Position numbers and translations under genes: made by a program | The notes under the pieces: generated by a model | The model's input: the letters and a program-made list of their open reading frames with translations, nothing else | Told to the model about the DNA's origin: nothing | Database searches by the model: none | Source of the DNA: an uncultured Gammaproteobacteria bacterium | Lineage (GTDB): Bacteria; Cyanobacteriota; Vampirovibrionia; Gastranaerophilales; Gastranaerophilaceae | NCBI GenBank assembly: GCA_964467625.1 | Contig: CAYXRM010000001.1 | Coordinates: 516,986-580,985 of the forward strand | DNA: 64,000 bases | Direction of reading: 5' to 3' | Shown: one piece after another, positions 62,436 through 64,000 of the stretch | How the letters are laid out: each line of letters opens with the position of its first letter | How positions within the stretch are numbered: the stretch's first letter is position 1

Positions 62436-64000
62436 ATGGAAAACAAAATGCAATTTCTGAAAAATGAAAAACTTATAAAATCCTCTTTTGTTTTGTGCGT
62501 TTTATTGTTCTTTTTTTCTTTTGTATATTCTTGCTTTATGCATTATGCAAAAATTCAAGTGCCAATGCTTGGGAAAACTTATTCTCCAATTGTAATTAAT
62601 GTGGAAATTCCTGAATATATGGCGAGCGACATTGCTTTTTATGCAGATGGCAGGGAACTTGATGCACAAATTTTTTATAAAGACAACCCATATATTTTTT
62701 ATGAAGCGGATTTTCCAGCTGACACAATTTATTTTAAAGTTAAAAATTCTTCTGTTTTAAATTCAATAGATAATATCTGCTTGAATATGGGAAAAAATTT
62801 TTATTATTACAATAGGGAAGATATTTCAAAATTTAAAAAAACATTCGATGGCAATTATTATCTGCCACCTGACATTCATTATGCAAAAGGCGGGGCTTAT
62901 ACAAATGATAAAGGCCCTATTAATGCCTTTGGGGTTGAAGTTTTGTCTTTCTTTTATAATACAAATTTTTATACCTTGTCTTTTGTTTTTGGATTTTTGG
63001 CGGTTTTAATTTATATAAATAATAAAGATAAATTTAAAGGTTTAAAAATTTCAAGTAAAATGGGGGTTTTGCTGTTAATAATTTTATTGGGGTTTATATT
63101 AAGACTAACAGATATTATAATTCCTTTTTGGGGGGATGAACTTTACACATCAACCGTTGCAAGCGGGGCAGATTTGCCTTTTTTAAATACATATCAAGAC
63201 CCCGGAAATCCACCTTTATTTTTTATTTTGGCAAAATTTTGGATGATGATATTTGGTTCTTCTGAAGTTACATCAAGGCTTTTACCTTGTCTTTTTTCTG
63301 TTCTTACAATTTGGGCGGTTTATTTATTTGTCAAAAATAATTTTAAAGAAAAACCTGCATTTTTGGCTTCTTTTTTATTTTGTATAAATGCCTATTCAAT
63401 TCATAGCGCAAAAGAATTTAGGTGTTATTCTTTGGGCATTTTTCTGAGCGTGCTTTTAGCGTATTTTTTGTTCAAAATAATAAAAGAAGGAAAAAATAAA
63501 GATTTAATTTTCTATGCAATTTTGGCTTCTTTAGCTGCAAACGTACATTATTTTCAGATAATTTTTCTTATAAATAATTTTATTTTTGGAATGTTTTGTT
63601 TAAATAAAACCCAAAGAATAAAATTCTTTTGGGCAAATGTCATTGCGGCGCTTGCATTTTTACCCTATTTTATATACACGGGTCTAAATAAGGGGCTTTT
63701 GGATGAAACATTTAATGTTATGCCTTTGTATGATTTTACAAATAATTTGTTTATTTTAATCACTTATTTTTCAAATTTCGTTGTGCCTGCGGTGATTTTT
63801 ATATTGTTTGGTTTAATTTTATTTAAAAAAGTAAGAGAATTTTTCTTTTATGAAAATAAACAAATTTTTAACCTCTATATTTATTGTACATATTCGATTT
63901 TGGCTTTTTTTGTAACCTCAAATTTGTTTTCATATTTAATTAAGCCGATTGTAAAAATTTATTATTTTGTTTATATAATTCCTTTTATTTCAATTTTGCT
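62436..64000 (+). CDS. GT-C-type (ArnT/PMT-like) membrane glycosyltransferase, 5' part (runs off the right edge)
   Basis: The frame from ATG 62436 stays open to the window end by manual translation. FWGDELYTSTVASG...QDPGNPPLFFILAKFWMMIFGSSEVTSRLLPCLFSVLTIWAVYLFV resembles the first periplasmic loop / DE motif region of ArnT/PMT enzymes. Confidence 0.6.
   Translation, partial: MENKMQFLKNEKLIKSSFVLCVLLFFFSFVYSCFMHYAKIQVPMLGKTYSPIVINVEIPEYMASDIAFYADGRELDAQIFYKDNPYIFYEADFPADTIYFKVKNSSVLNSIDNICLNMGKNFYYYNREDISKFKKTFDGNYYLPPDIHYAKGGAYTNDKGPINAFGVEVLSFFYNTNFYTLSFVFGFLAVLIYINNKDKFKGLKISSKMGVLLLIILLGFILRLTDIIIPFWGDELYTSTVASGADLPFLNTYQDPGNPPLFFILAKFWMMIFGSSEVTSRLLPCLFSVLTIWAVYLFVKNNFKEKPAFLASFLFCINAYSIHSAKEFRCYSLGIFLSVLLAYFLFKIIKEGKNKDLIFYAILASLAANVHYFQIIFLINNFIFGMFCLNKTQRIKFFWANVIAALAFLPYFIYTGLNKGLLDETFNVMPLYDFTNNLFILITYFSNFVVPAVIFILFGLILFKKVREFFFYENKQIFNLYIYCTYSILAFFVTSNLFSYLIKPIVKIYYFVYIIPFISIL

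Overview
This is a low-GC bacterial chromosome segment, densely coding on both strands. I call about 75 protein genes and one tRNA. I found no rRNA, CRISPR array, transposase or integrase. Housekeeping genes include rpmG-tRNA(Trp)-secE-nusG-rplK-rplA, rimP-nusA, rpoD, dxr, dus, rlmB, coaD, rnhB, rbgA, rplS and recO. Metabolic genes include bioG-bioC, bioB and a four-subunit 2-oxoacid:ferredoxin oxidoreductase. Diderm envelope genes include mlaE/mlaF/mlaD, lpxK, an LptD-like gene, an M23 peptidase and an SLT transglycosylase. There is a partial flagellar cluster (SLT-fliE-fliF-X-fliH-flhA) and scattered type IV pilus genes (pilT, a PilM/PilN fusion, a PilO-like gene, a pilin-like gene). There are several TPR proteins and three paralogous GT-C-type membrane glycosyltransferases, plus GtrA, GT2 and formyltransferase genes. 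This gene mix fits an uncultured anaerobic diderm such as gut Melainabacteria/Gastranaerophilales, but that placement is only inference. The stand-out region is 18.3-23.25 kb, a visibly more AT-rich block inserted between mlaF and mlaD. It encodes a 459-aa protein that starts with a phage MuF/SPP1-gp7-type CxxC...HPNCRC motif, continues as a coiled coil and ends in an unrecognised domain. Downstream lie small multi-pass membrane proteins, two diverged 251-aa paralogues and a DUF1311-like secreted protein. The 3' tail of the large gene plus the start of the next gene recurs twice more as degenerate relics. One relic also keeps a piece of the MuF motif. I read this as a decayed polymorphic toxin / immunity array with no recognisable delivery system. 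Secondary observations: a non-FliG protein sits in the fliG slot. A truncated pilin relic lies next to rpoD. A terminator-containing leader precedes rimP-nusA. A palindromic operator lies between an XRE regulator gene and the pilin-like gene. A 78-bp perfect direct repeat heads two otherwise diverged small membrane-protein genes.
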